Source: an uncultured Acidobacteriota bacterium (GTDB lineage Bacteria > Acidobacteriota > Vicinamibacteria > Vicinamibacterales > CAVVIG01). Taken from it: a DNA stretch of 64,000 bases. The stretch is from positions 11,061-75,060 of the forward strand of contig CAVQJU010000006.1 in the NCBI GenBank assembly GCA_963712905.1. The letters run 5' to 3'. Of the stretch, positions 41,869-51,942 are shown one piece after another. The notes beneath the pieces are model-generated. The model did no database searches and was not told the origin of the DNA. It saw only the letters and a list, made by a program, of their open reading frames with translations. Numbering within the stretch: the stretch's first letter is position 1; each line of letters opens with the position of its first letter. Made by a program: the position numbers and the translations under genes.

Positions 41869-42684
41869 ATGGGCCGAAAACTGAGCACTCGCCTTTCTGC
41901 GTTTTTGGTCGCAACATCCGTCGCGCGGCTGTTCGCCCAAGGCCCGACGGACCAGAACGCACTAGCATTTGAAGTCGCTTCCATCAAGCCGAACAGCTCC
42001 GATGCCGTCGGCGACGGCGGGCTGGGCTGGGGGCCCGACAGCATCAGGGCACGGAACCAGTCGCCAGCATCCCTGCTCAGGATGGCGTTTGGCGTTCAGG
42101 CTGACCAGATCATCGACACACCAGCATGGGCGGCAACCGAACGCTTCGATATCAGCGCGAAGGTCGCTCCGGGGGTCGTCTTCAATGCGATGACCATGCT
42201 CCAGCCGATGTTGCGCAATCTGCTCGAGGATCGCTTCCGGCTCAAAGTCCATCACGAGACGCGTGAGCGCAACGTGTATCGCCTCGTGCGGCTTCGCGCC
42301 GATCGGCTCGGTCCCAAGCTGGCCTCCGCCGCCGCTAACGCGTGCGCGCCGCCCGTTCAAAAGGACGTCGCGTCCTTGATAGCAGCCGGCAGAGGCTGCT
42401 CGGCCGGTCCGGTGCCGGGAGGGATAAGCGTACACGGCATGCCCATCGCGACGCTCTCAAGTCTGATAGCGCCTTCAGTCGAACGTGTGATCATCGATGC
42501 GACAGGTTTGACTGGCAACTGGGATCTGGACCTCGCCTTTGTCAATCAGGTCCAAGACGCGAACGGCGACGGTCCATCGCTTTTCACCGCGCTCGAAGAA
42601 CAACTCGGACTAAAACTCGAAGCAGCTCGCGCGCCAGTTGACGTGGTCGTGATTGACCGGCTCGAACGCCCGACGACTGATTAG
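41869..42684 (+). CDS. TIGR03435 family (acidobacterial) exported protein
   Basis: FEVASIKP, LLEDRFRLKVH, IDATGLTG, GPSLFTALEEQLGLKLE. Confidence 0.93.
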   Translation: MGRKLSTRLSAFLVATSVARLFAQGPTDQNALAFEVASIKPNSSDAVGDGGLGWGPDSIRARNQSPASLLRMAFGVQADQIIDTPAWAATERFDISAKVAPGVVFNAMTMLQPMLRNLLEDRFRLKVHHETRERNVYRLVRLRADRLGPKLASAAANACAPPVQKDVASLIAAGRGCSAGPVPGGISVHGMPIATLSSLIAPSVERVIIDATGLTGNWDLDLAFVNQVQDANGDGPSLFTALEEQLGLKLEAARAPVDVVVIDRLERPTTD

Positions 42685-42796
42685 CGATCAGTAGTGAGAA
42701 GTCGCGCAGTGTCGACCCAGGTTTCTCGCGAACCCGACCAAAGGGGCCTTTACGCCGTCCGCCGCAGTACCGAACCCGCCACGGTCAGGGGTGCGG

Positions 42797-42814
42797 CCCT
42801 TTTGGGGACGTACC
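42797..42814 (+). repeat. TTGGGGACGTACC unit
   Basis: 13 bp identical to 51821-51833; intergenic. Confidence 0.55.
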
Positions 42815-42833
42815 TCCTTTAGGCCCACGAACG

Positions 42834-43148
42834 ATGCGGCTCACAGTTCGCTGGGTGGGATGGGGCATCATTGGCATGGTCATATTGCTTTGCCTCGTCG
42901 CGACCATCGAAATCTGCTCGTCAACGTACAGGTCCTGGGAATTCATGAATCGAACGGGACGGATTCGTGCAGGCATGACGGAACGTGAAGTGAGGGCCGC
43001 GGCGGGCGTACCGGAGACACTCGTTACCGATCTCGGAAGGCCGACTGATCCGTCTGCGGTGGGGGCGTCGTGCGGAGAAGCAAACGCAACTGCTGCGATG
43101 CTGTATACCCTCGACCATCACGGCTGGCTCGGCGGGCACCTGGTATGA
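42834..43148 (+). CDS. Hypothetical membrane-anchored protein (BamE/SmpA-like motif), probably frameshifted at its end
   Basis: TM then IRAGMTEREVRAAAGVP. Confidence 0.5.
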   Translation: MRLTVRWVGWGIIGMVILLCLVATIEICSSTYRSWEFMNRTGRIRAGMTEREVRAAAGVPETLVTDLGRPTDPSAVGASCGEANATAAMLYTLDHHGWLGGHLV

Positions 43149-43310
43149 CGTCTGGAATCTCCACAGAGGTTGTATGCCTTGACGCGCGGCGCATCGTGGT
43201 CAGCACACATACGCCTGCTCCTCCTAGTGAACGCCAACGGGATCCCCATCGCGCGCTTCGACCACGCGCACGCCTAGGCATATAATCACCCACTCGCCAG
43301 GAGGTTTTAT

Positions 43311-43841
43311 ATGCGCGCTGCGCTCAGGACGGCCGTTCTCCTCGTGTTATCCGGCGTATTTGGTGGTGTTCTGCCCAGCGCCGCCCGCGCCCAGGACGGC
43401 GCACGCCTCGCCGACACCGTCGGCTTCGACATCGCCTGGAATCACGTGGCGCTGAGCGTGCCGAACATCGCGGAGTCGATTGCCTGGTACGAGAAGATGC
43501 TCGGCTTCAAGGGCACCGTGCGCGGCGGTCAGCCGAACCCAAATGCCCGGCAGCTGGTCGCGGACCTCCGTCGCGGGAACGTCACCATCGAGCTGTTTCA
43601 GCTCGCGGACGCCGCCCCGCTGCCCGAATCGCGGAAGAACCCGTCAGAAGACTTCCGGACGCACGGCGTGAAGCACTTCGGCTTCGAGGTGAAAAACCTG
43701 CCCGCTGTCCTCGCGGAGCTGAAAGCCAAGGGCGTCAAGATGGCGTTCGAGATGCGCGACACCCCAACCGAGGCATTTGCGTTCATCAGCGACAACGCCG
43801 GCAACGCGATAGAACTGATCGAGCACAAGCCAGCGCGGTGA
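43311..43841 (+). CDS. Exported VOC/glyoxalase family protein
   Basis: NHVALSV...WYEKMLGF, IELF, KHFGFEV, FISDNAGNAIELIE. Confidence 0.9.
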   Translation: MRAALRTAVLLVLSGVFGGVLPSAARAQDGARLADTVGFDIAWNHVALSVPNIAESIAWYEKMLGFKGTVRGGQPNPNARQLVADLRRGNVTIELFQLADAAPLPESRKNPSEDFRTHGVKHFGFEVKNLPAVLAELKAKGVKMAFEMRDTPTEAFAFISDNAGNAIELIEHKPAR

Positions 43842-43861
43842 ATCGTCCCGAAGTTCTGACC

Positions 43862-44899
43862 TCAACCTGGCCGCGAAATCGCCTGCAGGAATTCGGGATC
43901 GTCCTGCACGTCCTCAAACGCCGACGTCCGAAAATCGTCCGTGAGATCGCGCGGGTCGTGGTCGCGAGCCTCGCGCAGCAGGGCCAGCGTACGCGGACGA
44001 TCGCGGGTGACCTTCCACACCGCGGCCGCGTGCATCAGCCAGGCGTAGCCGTGGTCGCCATGACTGCCGCCACCCGCCGCCAGTTTCGCGTCCAGCACCG
44101 GCAGCGCCAGATCGTACCGGCCGCTCTGGTTCAGATGGTGAGCCAGGTTATGTCGGAACCCGTCCAAGGCACGCGCTGACGATCCGTTCTTTTCGAGCCG
44201 ATCGAGCAGCGACAGTGCCTCCTGGCACTTCACGGTGATGCGCGCCGCGTCGTTCCTCGCCCGCGCCAGTTCAATCTCCCAGGTCAGGATCCGTCCGTGC
44301 AGCCGCGCGGCGCTGTCCGCGTCCGGCTCCTCGTCCGCGATCGCGTGCATCAGGGGAATGCAACGCTCCGCTCGTTCGAAGTCTCCGGCGATGTGCGACG
44401 CATCGAGCGAGATTCCCAGCGCGCAGACACGAAGCTCGACGTTCTCGTTCGTCGGCGTCAGCCGCGCCAGCGCATCCTCGAACGTCGCCACATAGTCCGC
44501 GTATCGTCCGACCGCGCCGTACACGGTCGCAAACTGCACGGACTGGCTGAGAAACTCCAGGCGGATCTCGTCTGGCCCCATCGCCGGTTCGTGCGAACCT
44601 TCAGGCGCCGGATACCGGGGAAACTGCGCCAACAGCCGCGGAGAGTGGCCGGGAAGCCAACGCTCGAAGGCTTCATACACGTCCACGGCCTCTGCCGCAT
44701 GCTCGGTGCAGGCGAGCACGTTTGCGAGAGTCTGATAGGCCCAGGCGGTCTCGGAATCAGACAGCGGTTGCGAGAGGTACCGCCTTAGCAAATCAGCGTA
44801 GTCCGTCAGCAGCGAGTTGTCGTCCCATTGGCGGGTGAACCGTTGGAACTGCTCGCGTACTGTCGCGGCGTCGATCATCACCTCGCATCGTAATACCAC
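43862..44899 (-). CDS. Hypothetical alpha-helical (TPR-like) protein
   Basis: Long open frame with helical repeats, co-oriented downstream of the monooxygenase. Confidence 0.6.
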   Translation of the reverse strand: MVLRCEVMIDAATVREQFQRFTRQWDDNSLLTDYADLLRRYLSQPLSDSETAWAYQTLANVLACTEHAAEAVDVYEAFERWLPGHSPRLLAQFPRYPAPEGSHEPAMGPDEIRLEFLSQSVQFATVYGAVGRYADYVATFEDALARLTPTNENVELRVCALGISLDASHIAGDFERAERCIPLMHAIADEEPDADSAARLHGRILTWEIELARARNDAARITVKCQEALSLLDRLEKNGSSARALDGFRHNLAHHLNQSGRYDLALPVLDAKLAAGGGSHGDHGYAWLMHAAAVWKVTRDRPRTLALLREARDHDPRDLTDDFRTSAFEDVQDDPEFLQAISRPG

Positions 44900-44915
44900 C
44901 CGAACGTGCGGTCGT

Positions 44916-46114
44916 TCACCACTCCCCGAGAATCAACCGCCGCGCATTCTCGTCGCTCGGGCCGAATGGACCCTGTCCGGACGAGTCCGGGAACCCGGTC
45001 GGGTCCGCCTCCATGCGTGGCAAGACCTTGGCGCGACGCGCGTCGGCGGCGGGTCCGGCGCTCCAGATGAGCTCCGTCATCCACGACGTGATGTTGTGCA
45101 GCTTGCCCCCGTAGTCGTCGTGTGCGGCCGCATACCGCTCCAGCGCCGCGTTCCAGTCGTCGGTCTCGGCGAGGCAATTCGCAAGCGTCTCCGCGTCGAT
45201 GAGGGTCTTCGAGAGTCCGCATCCCCAGCTCGGATCCGTGGCGCCCGCAGCGTCGCCAATCAAGGCGAGGCCAGGCTTCGCCGGCGACGACACCCACTGT
45301 TCGGCACCTTCGAACTCAGCGAGCGGACCTACCACCTCGATCCGGTCGAACCACGACGACGGCACGTTCGTCGCCCGGCAACCTTCCACGAACGCCGAGA
45401 TCGCGTCCTTGCCGCTGAGTTTTCGGTCGCCCGTGGCTCCCACGTACACAAAGTAGACGCGAGCACGCTCGTTGCCGAGGGGTGCCACGAACGAACCGAA
45501 GCCCGGCGCGAGACACAGGTGGATCCCGTCGTCTGGCGCGCCGACCCCGGTCGCGAGGGCCCCTGCGATGCGGAGATTGTCGGGGTCGCGCCGCACCGTG
45601 AAGCCGCCCCATTCACGCATCCTCGAGAAGCGTCCGTCGGCGCCGATGACGACGCGCGCCGTCACCGAGCGCGTCTGGCCGCCTTCGGCGAAGGTGACCA
45701 TCCATCGGCCATCCTGCTCGGTGATGCCCTGTACGCTCGCGCCACGCTTCATCTCCGCCCCAGCCCGCGCGGCGCCGGAGAGAAGCGCCTGCTGCAGGTC
45801 CGGATGGTAAATGTTGAGGGCCGCTTCGCCGCTCGGCGTGGTCGCAGGAAATGGCCGATGCTGGGTCGGCATGCCCATGAAGTAGGTGTTGAAGAACGGG
45901 ACGATGCGGCCTCCCGCCGCAATCAGGTCGTCGAGGATGCCGAGCCGACGAGCCGCCGCGACGCCCCAGGGCAGGATGTTCTCGCCGCGGACGCGGTCCT
46001 TGAATCTGGCCTCGCGCTCGAGCACGAGTACCCTGCTCGCCCGGTCCGTGCCACCGCCGTGGCGAGCGCAGCGCCACCAATGCCGCCTCCAATCGTGACA
46101 ACGTCGACGTTCAT
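44916..46114 (-). CDS. FAD-dependent monooxygenase, frameshift near 46040
   Basis: IGGGIGG / VLVLERE..RVRGE, VIGADGRFS, LIGDAAG. Confidence 0.88.
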
Positions 46115-46594
46115 GCCCAGCTACCTCCAGACGGGTGACGATGCGGAGCCCGTTTCGCGGCGCCTCTATGGGATTGTCCAGAGTACCGGAATCGATCGCC
46201 GGGTGGCCACGGGGCGTAGATGATTGCCCTGGCGGACGCCATGTCCACATTTGAACACGCAAGCTCGACCATGCCTTCTATGCTTGAGCATCCAATGAAT
46301 CACCCCGACGAACCGCGCGAGTGTGTGCCGCGTATCGATGACCTTGTCGCCGCCCTCAAGGGGAAAGCCTTTGTGCTCAGAGAGCCGGTAACAAGTGACT
46401 TTTTCGATGCCCTCGAGCCCGCATGGCGACGGCCATCTCTCACGTTTCTAGAAGACGCGCGAGCCCTCGCTCCGCTTGCGGCCTGATTCCAGATTAAGTT
46501 ACATCGCCGAGCAGCTTCACTCAGGACAGAGTGCTCGGCCCATTGGGCTGATTCTATCGTCATGCTGATGGACCTCCAGACCAGCTGCCTGGCG

Positions 46595-46659
46595 GTCAGA
46601 TCGCCACATCCCTGGGAAAATAGGTTGGTAACCAACGCCGATTCCCGTTGGGGACGCCA
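46595..46659 (+). repeat. 65-bp unit ending in the tRNA-Glu 3' end (CGATTCCCGTTGGGGACGCCA)
   Basis: Last 17 nt identical to the fragment at 6341-6357; aligns with 41592-41656. Confidence 0.85.
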
Positions 46660-47363
46660 TCGGCATCACATTGACACAGCGATGTTTATGGCAATCGATG
46701 ACGCCGCGGTCGCACGACCGTTCCACCCCGTGTTGTCCCTCTCGTGCCCCGGATGTAGCACCTCCGTTGTGACAAGGGCGAAAGACAGCGCGCCCGTCCG
46801 CCTGTTTGGCTGCGACTGGACGCGGCAGGGCCACAACATCGCGAGCAGGAGCCCCGTCACTTCGAAGCCATCCCCGCATCGCGATTCATCAAAACTCTTC
46901 TGCCCCGCCTGATCGGGGACCGCGGACACACGAGCGCCCCCTCGACCACCTGTAGCGGGCGGAACAACTCTGAATTGATCGGGGGCTCATCGCACGCACG
47001 TCGGGTAATCACCCCACATTGACGCCCCGCGTCGCAGGCGCCGTTGGAAGATCGAACGCCCCTAGCACCGCATCGTCACACGCTGGGAGCCGTCCGGAGA
47101 ACTTCGTCGGGGTTCAACCTGTGCTCGTCAATCGTCCTCCCGGGGCATCTCTAAGCTCTTCTCCCGGGAAGGGCAACGGATTTCCTCCGTAATCCGCAGG
47201 GTCGGAGTCAAGCTGGCTTCGTCAGAAGCCGTTCAGCACCCGTCAGAGTTCGCGTGGGTATGGTGGCTTCGCTTGGGTCAGGTGCGGAGTTGTAACGCGA
47301 GAAGTGGGAGTAGACTGCCTCACGACGCCGAGAGCGGCCAGGTGACACGGTCGCAGAGGGTTC

Positions 47364-47954
47364 ATGGACCAGATCGGTCAAACCGGCGCGGTCAGTCGCT
47401 TGTTGCAGGCCTGGGGCCGCGGCGATCTGCAGGCACGCGACGATCTGGTGCCGGTCGTCTATCGCGAATTGCGGCGCAGAGCGGGCGCGTATCTGCGACG
47501 CGAACGGCAGGATCATACGCTCCAGCCAACGGCGCTCGTCCATGAGGCGTTCATGCGGCTCGTGGGACAGGAGCGCGTCGCCTGGCAGAATCGCGCGCAT
47601 TTCTTCGCGATCGCGTCGCAAACGATGCGCCGCATCCTGGTCGATTACGCGCGGGAACATCAGGCGGCGAAGCGTCCCGGCGCCGGCGTGAAGGTGATGC
47701 TGGACGACCGGATCGGCGCCGCCCAGCCACGCGCGTGCGAGTTCATCGCGCTCGATCAGGCGCTCGTCGAGCTCACGCGCATCGATCCACGGCAAGGTCA
47801 AATTGTCGAGCTCCGCTATTTCGGCGGGCTGTCGGAGCAGGAAGTCGGTGAAGTCCTGTCGATCTCGCGCGCAACCGTCACGCGGGAATGGCAAACCGCT
47901 CGGGCGTGGCTCTATCGCCGGATGACCGCCGGCCCGGCCACGCAGGACGCATGA
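47364..47954 (+). CDS. ECF sigma factor, TIGR02999/kinase-associated (ECF43-like)
   Basis: HTLQPTALVHEA, WQNRAHFF, ELRYFGGL, REWQTARAWL. Confidence 0.93.
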   Translation: MDQIGQTGAVSRLLQAWGRGDLQARDDLVPVVYRELRRRAGAYLRRERQDHTLQPTALVHEAFMRLVGQERVAWQNRAHFFAIASQTMRRILVDYAREHQAAKRPGAGVKVMLDDRIGAAQPRACEFIALDQALVELTRIDPRQGQIVELRYFGGLSEQEVGEVLSISRATVTREWQTARAWLYRRMTAGPATQDA

Positions 47955-50449
47955 CGAACGACGCGGGACGCTGGGATCGTGTGAAGCGGGTGTTTGAGGG
48001 CGCGCTCGAACGGAGCCCGGCCGCGCGGCCGGCGTTTCTGGCTGACGCGTGCGGCGACGATCGATCGTTGAGCGCCGAGGTCGAGTCGTTGCTGCGCGCG
48101 CACGAGCAGGCGGGGAGCTTCGCCGAGCAGCCGGCCGTGGACGAGCTGGCGGGCCGTCCGCTACAGCGCGGCGATCACCTCGGCCCGTACGAAATCGTCG
48201 AGCTGTTGGGCGCCGGCGGGATGGGCGAGGTGTACCGCGCGCGCGACACGAAGCTGGGGCGCGATGTCGCGATCAAGGTCCTGCCGCCGCTGTTGACCAC
48301 GAACGCCGACCGGCTGGCCCGCTTCGAGCGCGAAGGCGGCATGCTTACCGCGCTCAATCATCCGCATCTGCTCACGGTCTTCGACGTCGGAGAAGTCGAT
48401 GGCCAGCCGTATCTGGTCACGGAGTTTGTGGACGACGGCACACTCAAGACATGGGCGTTGGCGGAGAAGCGCACGTGGCGGCAGGCCGTCGAGCTCCTGG
48501 TCGGTGTCGCCGATGGCCTGGCCGCCGCGCACGCCGCGGGCATCGTCCACCGGGACGTCAAGCCGGACAACATCCTCATCTCGAAGCACGGCTACGCCAA
48601 GCTGGCCGATTTCGGCTTGGCGAAGCTGTTCGAGGCTCTCGGCGGCGCGGCGACCGCGCCGACCATGGCGGCCGTGCGCACCCAGCCGGGCATGATCGTG
48701 GGAACGATCGCCTACATGTCGCCCGAGCAGGCCGCCGGCAAACCGGCCGATGCGCGCAGTGACATCTTTGCCTTCGGCGTCGTTCTGTACGAAATGCTGG
48801 CGGGCCGGCAGCCGTTTGTAGGGGCGACCGGGCTTGAGGTGCTGGAACGCGTGCAGCACCACCCGGCCGAGCCGCTCGGCGAGGACATCCCTCCGGCGCT
48901 GCGGCTGGTCGTCGAGAAAACGCTGGAGAAACACCCGGCGGAGCGGTACCAGTCGATGCGCGACATGGTCGTCGATCTTCGAAGGGTGACGCGCACGCTT
49001 TGGGGAGACGGGCACGCCGGCCACGACGCGGTCGCGCTCACGGGTCTCGATCGCGACGGCCGCGCTGGTGGTCGTGCCGGCAAACAAGACCGACCACGAC
49101 AAACGCGCCGGCGTATTCGCTCGCTGGCCGTGCTGCCGCTCCAGAATCTCTCGCGCGATCCGGACCAGGAGTTCTTCTCCGACGGCACGACGGAAGCGTT
49201 GATCTGCAATCTGGTGCAGATCCGCTCCCTCGACATCATCTCGCGCACGTCAGTCATGCGCTACAAGGGCACGACCAAGACGATCCCGGAAATTGGCCGG
49301 GAGCTGAACGTGGACGCCATTGTCGAAGGCTCGGTGCAGCGCGTCAGAGGACGCGTCCGGATTACGGCGCAACTGATTCGCGCATCCACTGACACGCATC
49401 TCTGGGCCGGCGAGTACGAACGCGATGCCGCCGATGTGTTGAAGCTCGAGGCCGAGGTCGCGCAGACGATCGCCCATGAGATTCAAGCGCATCTCACGCC
49501 CGAGGAAGCCGGCCGGCTCGCCAGTACCCGCAGCATCAACCCGAATGCCCGAGAGGCCTACCTGCTCGGGCGCTACCACGCGAACAAAGACAATGAAGCG
49601 GACTACAGGCAAGCGCTCGAGCAGTTCCAGCGCGCCATCCGTCTTCAACCCGACTATGCGGCGGCGTATGCCGGCGTTTCGATGGCAGCGGGCTTACTCC
49701 GGAACCGGGGGTTTACGCAAGACGACGAGGGCGCGCGGGCCGCTACGCTAAAGGCGATCGAACTGGATCCGAGCCTCGGGGAGGCCCACGCAGCCCTCGC
49801 CGCGCTCAAGATCGCGGACTGGGATTGGAAGGGTGCCGAGGCCGAGGGTCGTCGAGCGCTCGAACTGAACTTCGTCAGCGATTCCTACCAGAGTGTCTTG
49901 ACGATCACGGGGCGCCATGCTCAGGCGATTGCCGCGGGCGAGCACGCGGTGAAGGTCGACCCGCTGTCCCCAATCATGCAGGAGAGTTTCGGGATCGTTC
50001 TGTTCTTCGCTCGCAGGTATGACGACGCGCTCGCTCAACTGAAACGCTCGATCGAACTCGAGCCGCGTAGCTACGGGGCCACACTCGTGCTGGGTGTGAC
50101 GTACGAGGCGCTGGGGAAGCCCCAGGAGGCGTTGGCGGTCTTCGACCGCTCCGACGAACTCCGTGAGTCTCCATACATCGCGCGAGCCTACGCAATGCTC
50201 GGGCGGCGCGATGACGCGCTCAGGGTCCTGAACAGCGTCGTCAAGCGAAGGGGCACGTTCGACCTTCAAGAAACGGCTATCGTCTATTTCGCGCTGGGCG
50301 ACAAGGATCGCGGCTTCGAGTGGCTCACCAAGGCGTTCGATCAGCGGTCCGGCTATGTGCCGTGGGCGAAGGTCCAGCCGGCGTTTGATGGCATCCGCGA
50401 CGATCCGCGCTTCAAGGCGCTGGTGGCACGGCTTAAACTTCCGGGCTAG
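47951..50449 (+). CDS. Ser/Thr protein kinase with TolB-N-like and TPR domains
   Basis: GAGGMGEVY, VAIK, HRDVKPDN, DFG, YMSPEQ, SLAVLPLQNL; ATGA overlap with sigma. Confidence 0.93.
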   Translation: MTNDAGRWDRVKRVFEGALERSPAARPAFLADACGDDRSLSAEVESLLRAHEQAGSFAEQPAVDELAGRPLQRGDHLGPYEIVELLGAGGMGEVYRARDTKLGRDVAIKVLPPLLTTNADRLARFEREGGMLTALNHPHLLTVFDVGEVDGQPYLVTEFVDDGTLKTWALAEKRTWRQAVELLVGVADGLAAAHAAGIVHRDVKPDNILISKHGYAKLADFGLAKLFEALGGAATAPTMAAVRTQPGMIVGTIAYMSPEQAAGKPADARSDIFAFGVVLYEMLAGRQPFVGATGLEVLERVQHHPAEPLGEDIPPALRLVVEKTLEKHPAERYQSMRDMVVDLRRVTRTLWGDGHAGHDAVALTGLDRDGRAGGRAGKQDRPRQTRRRIRSLAVLPLQNLSRDPDQEFFSDGTTEALICNLVQIRSLDIISRTSVMRYKGTTKTIPEIGRELNVDAIVEGSVQRVRGRVRITAQLIRASTDTHLWAGEYERDAADVLKLEAEVAQTIAHEIQAHLTPEEAGRLASTRSINPNAREAYLLGRYHANKDNEADYRQALEQFQRAIRLQPDYAAAYAGVSMAAGLLRNRGFTQDDEGARAATLKAIELDPSLGEAHAALAALKIADWDWKGAEAEGRRALELNFVSDSYQSVLTITGRHAQAIAAGEHAVKVDPLSPIMQESFGIVLFFARRYDDALAQLKRSIELEPRSYGATLVLGVTYEALGKPQEALAVFDRSDELRESPYIARAYAMLGRRDDALRVLNSVVKRRGTFDLQETAIVYFALGDKDRGFEWLTKAFDQRSGYVPWAKVQPAFDGIRDDPRFKALVARLKLPG

Positions 50450-50506
50450 ACCTCATCGCCCTTATCGGCGGGCGCAGGATCGGCCCGTCCCGGCGAATCA
50501 CTGAAC

Positions 50507-50672
50507 ATGATGGCTGACTGGGATCGCGTGAAGCAGGTATTTCAGGCCGCGCTCGAATGGAGCCTCGAGACGAGGCCGACGTTTCTCGACGAGACGTGCG
50601 GCGATGATGCCGCACTGCGCGCCGAAGTCGAGTCGTTACTGCGCGGACATGAGCAGGCGGGGAGCTTCGCGC
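50507..50672 (+). pseudogene. Truncated N-terminus of a second kinase paralog
   Basis: WDRVKQVFQAALE...CGDDAALRAEVESLLRGHEQAGSF matches the start of the 47951 kinase, then diverges. Confidence 0.8.
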
Positions 50673-50944
50673 CCGACCTCGTAATATCCCAGCTTTGGCC
50701 TGAACGGATGTCTCCGGCTAACGCCGGTTGGCACGCCGCGTGCTCGTAGCAATTCAGCAAGCCACCGAGCCGGGGACGCCGATGAATCGGGCAGGCGCGT
50801 CGGCAATGCGCGAACCCTGGACGAGCCGATTCTCGTCGAGCCCTTGATGATTCCGCTATCGGTGTCGCGCACGACCGTGATGCGGGCATGGCAGACCTCC
50901 CGCGCATGGCTATATCGGCGCCTGCGCAAGGAGCGCTCCGGAGG

Positions 50945-51523
50945 TCACCGGGGCGAGTAAGCCGTAGTGCTCGGGGACCCGTGCTCGCCGGCGCCCGTGA
51001 CGGCCTGTTTGCTCGCGTTCCGTTTATCGGCAAGCGTGCGGTCTCGTGCCCGGCGGACTTCGCTAATGTTCACGGCTGCCGTCTCGTTAAACTGGAGAAC
51101 GGCCGAAGCCTGGTTCAACTGGAGAAAGATGAGCTGCGCCTCGTAGGCACCGGCCTCGTCCGGACCGTGTCGCAGATGCCACGCTTCGTGAACGATGACC
51201 GAAGCAATCTTCAACAGACACGGGTACTGATCCCAGCGCGGGACGCTTGCGCATCGAAACGTGCGGCTGCGGGTGTACACGAAGACTCGGTCGCCCGTGC
51301 CGTGTTCGTCGTACACGGTCCAGGCTTCGGCACCCGGCGACACCGTCCGAGGCAACGTGGAAATGAGGACAATCGGCAGGTGCGCGTATAGCTGTGGACC
51401 AGCGAGCAGGAGCGCCCTGTCAAGGGCCGCGCGCTCTTCCGCGGGTGTGCTGTCGGCCGCTCGAACGGTTGATGGCACGCACCACGTTCCGACGACAAGG
51501 AACAACCAGGCAACATTCCGCAT
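50945..51523 (-). CDS. Exported protein with HExxH zinc-peptidase-like motif
   Basis: Signal peptide; ASVIVHEAWH...DEAGAY; RBS GGAGG. Confidence 0.65.
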   Translation of the reverse strand: MRNVAWLFLVVGTWCVPSTVRAADSTPAEERAALDRALLLAGPQLYAHLPIVLISTLPRTVSPGAEAWTVYDEHGTGDRVFVYTRSRTFRCASVPRWDQYPCLLKIASVIVHEAWHLRHGPDEAGAYEAQLIFLQLNQASAVLQFNETAAVNISEVRRARDRTLADKRNASKQAVTGAGEHGSPSTTAYSPR

Positions 51524-51813
51524 TGCGTCCCCTCCGGGAGCGCGTTCCGCCAGTCGGAACGCGCTGGGACGTAACGCGGAAAGCGGGAGAGAACTGCCTC
51601 AGTTGATGGGATGGGCGGCTGCTTTTAGAAGAAACTTCTCAGACCAGCAATGCTGAGATGCAGCGCTTCGAGTGGTCCTAGAAGCTCGTCACCGGGGGGC
51701 GCGCCACACGCAGCCGGGTCATCTCGCGGCCGGACGGCGGTCACTCAACACGTCGCGACTCTTCGGGACCAATCCCCACCCCGCGCGAGTGTCAACGACA
51801 AGCTCCGAGCACA

Positions 51814-51910
51814 ACTCCCCTTGGGGACGTACCCGACCGTATCGAGTCGGAATATGCCCGGCAACTGGACCTGATTCAAGCCCCTGAGTATTCAGACCCA
51901 TGGGGGCACC
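51814..51910 (+). repeat. TTGGGGACGTACC unit plus a weaker TTCAGACCCATGGGGGCACC unit
   Basis: 51821-51833 and 51891-51910, intergenic, same strand as the other copies. Confidence 0.5.
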
Positions 51911-51942
51911 GCAGAACCGTTCGGAGTTATGCTGCGAGGCGG

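Noticed and set aside
46930-47340. Several short hairpins upstream of the ECF sigma, possible riboswitch or sRNA
   Set aside because: No riboswitch consensus recognised; short stems are expected at this GC content. An Rfam scan would decide.
40668-51910. CRISPR array or classical integron attC array
   Set aside because: Spacing is 60 bp to 5 kb, no cas or intI gene seen, and I saw no RYYYAAC...GTTRRRY attC boxes.
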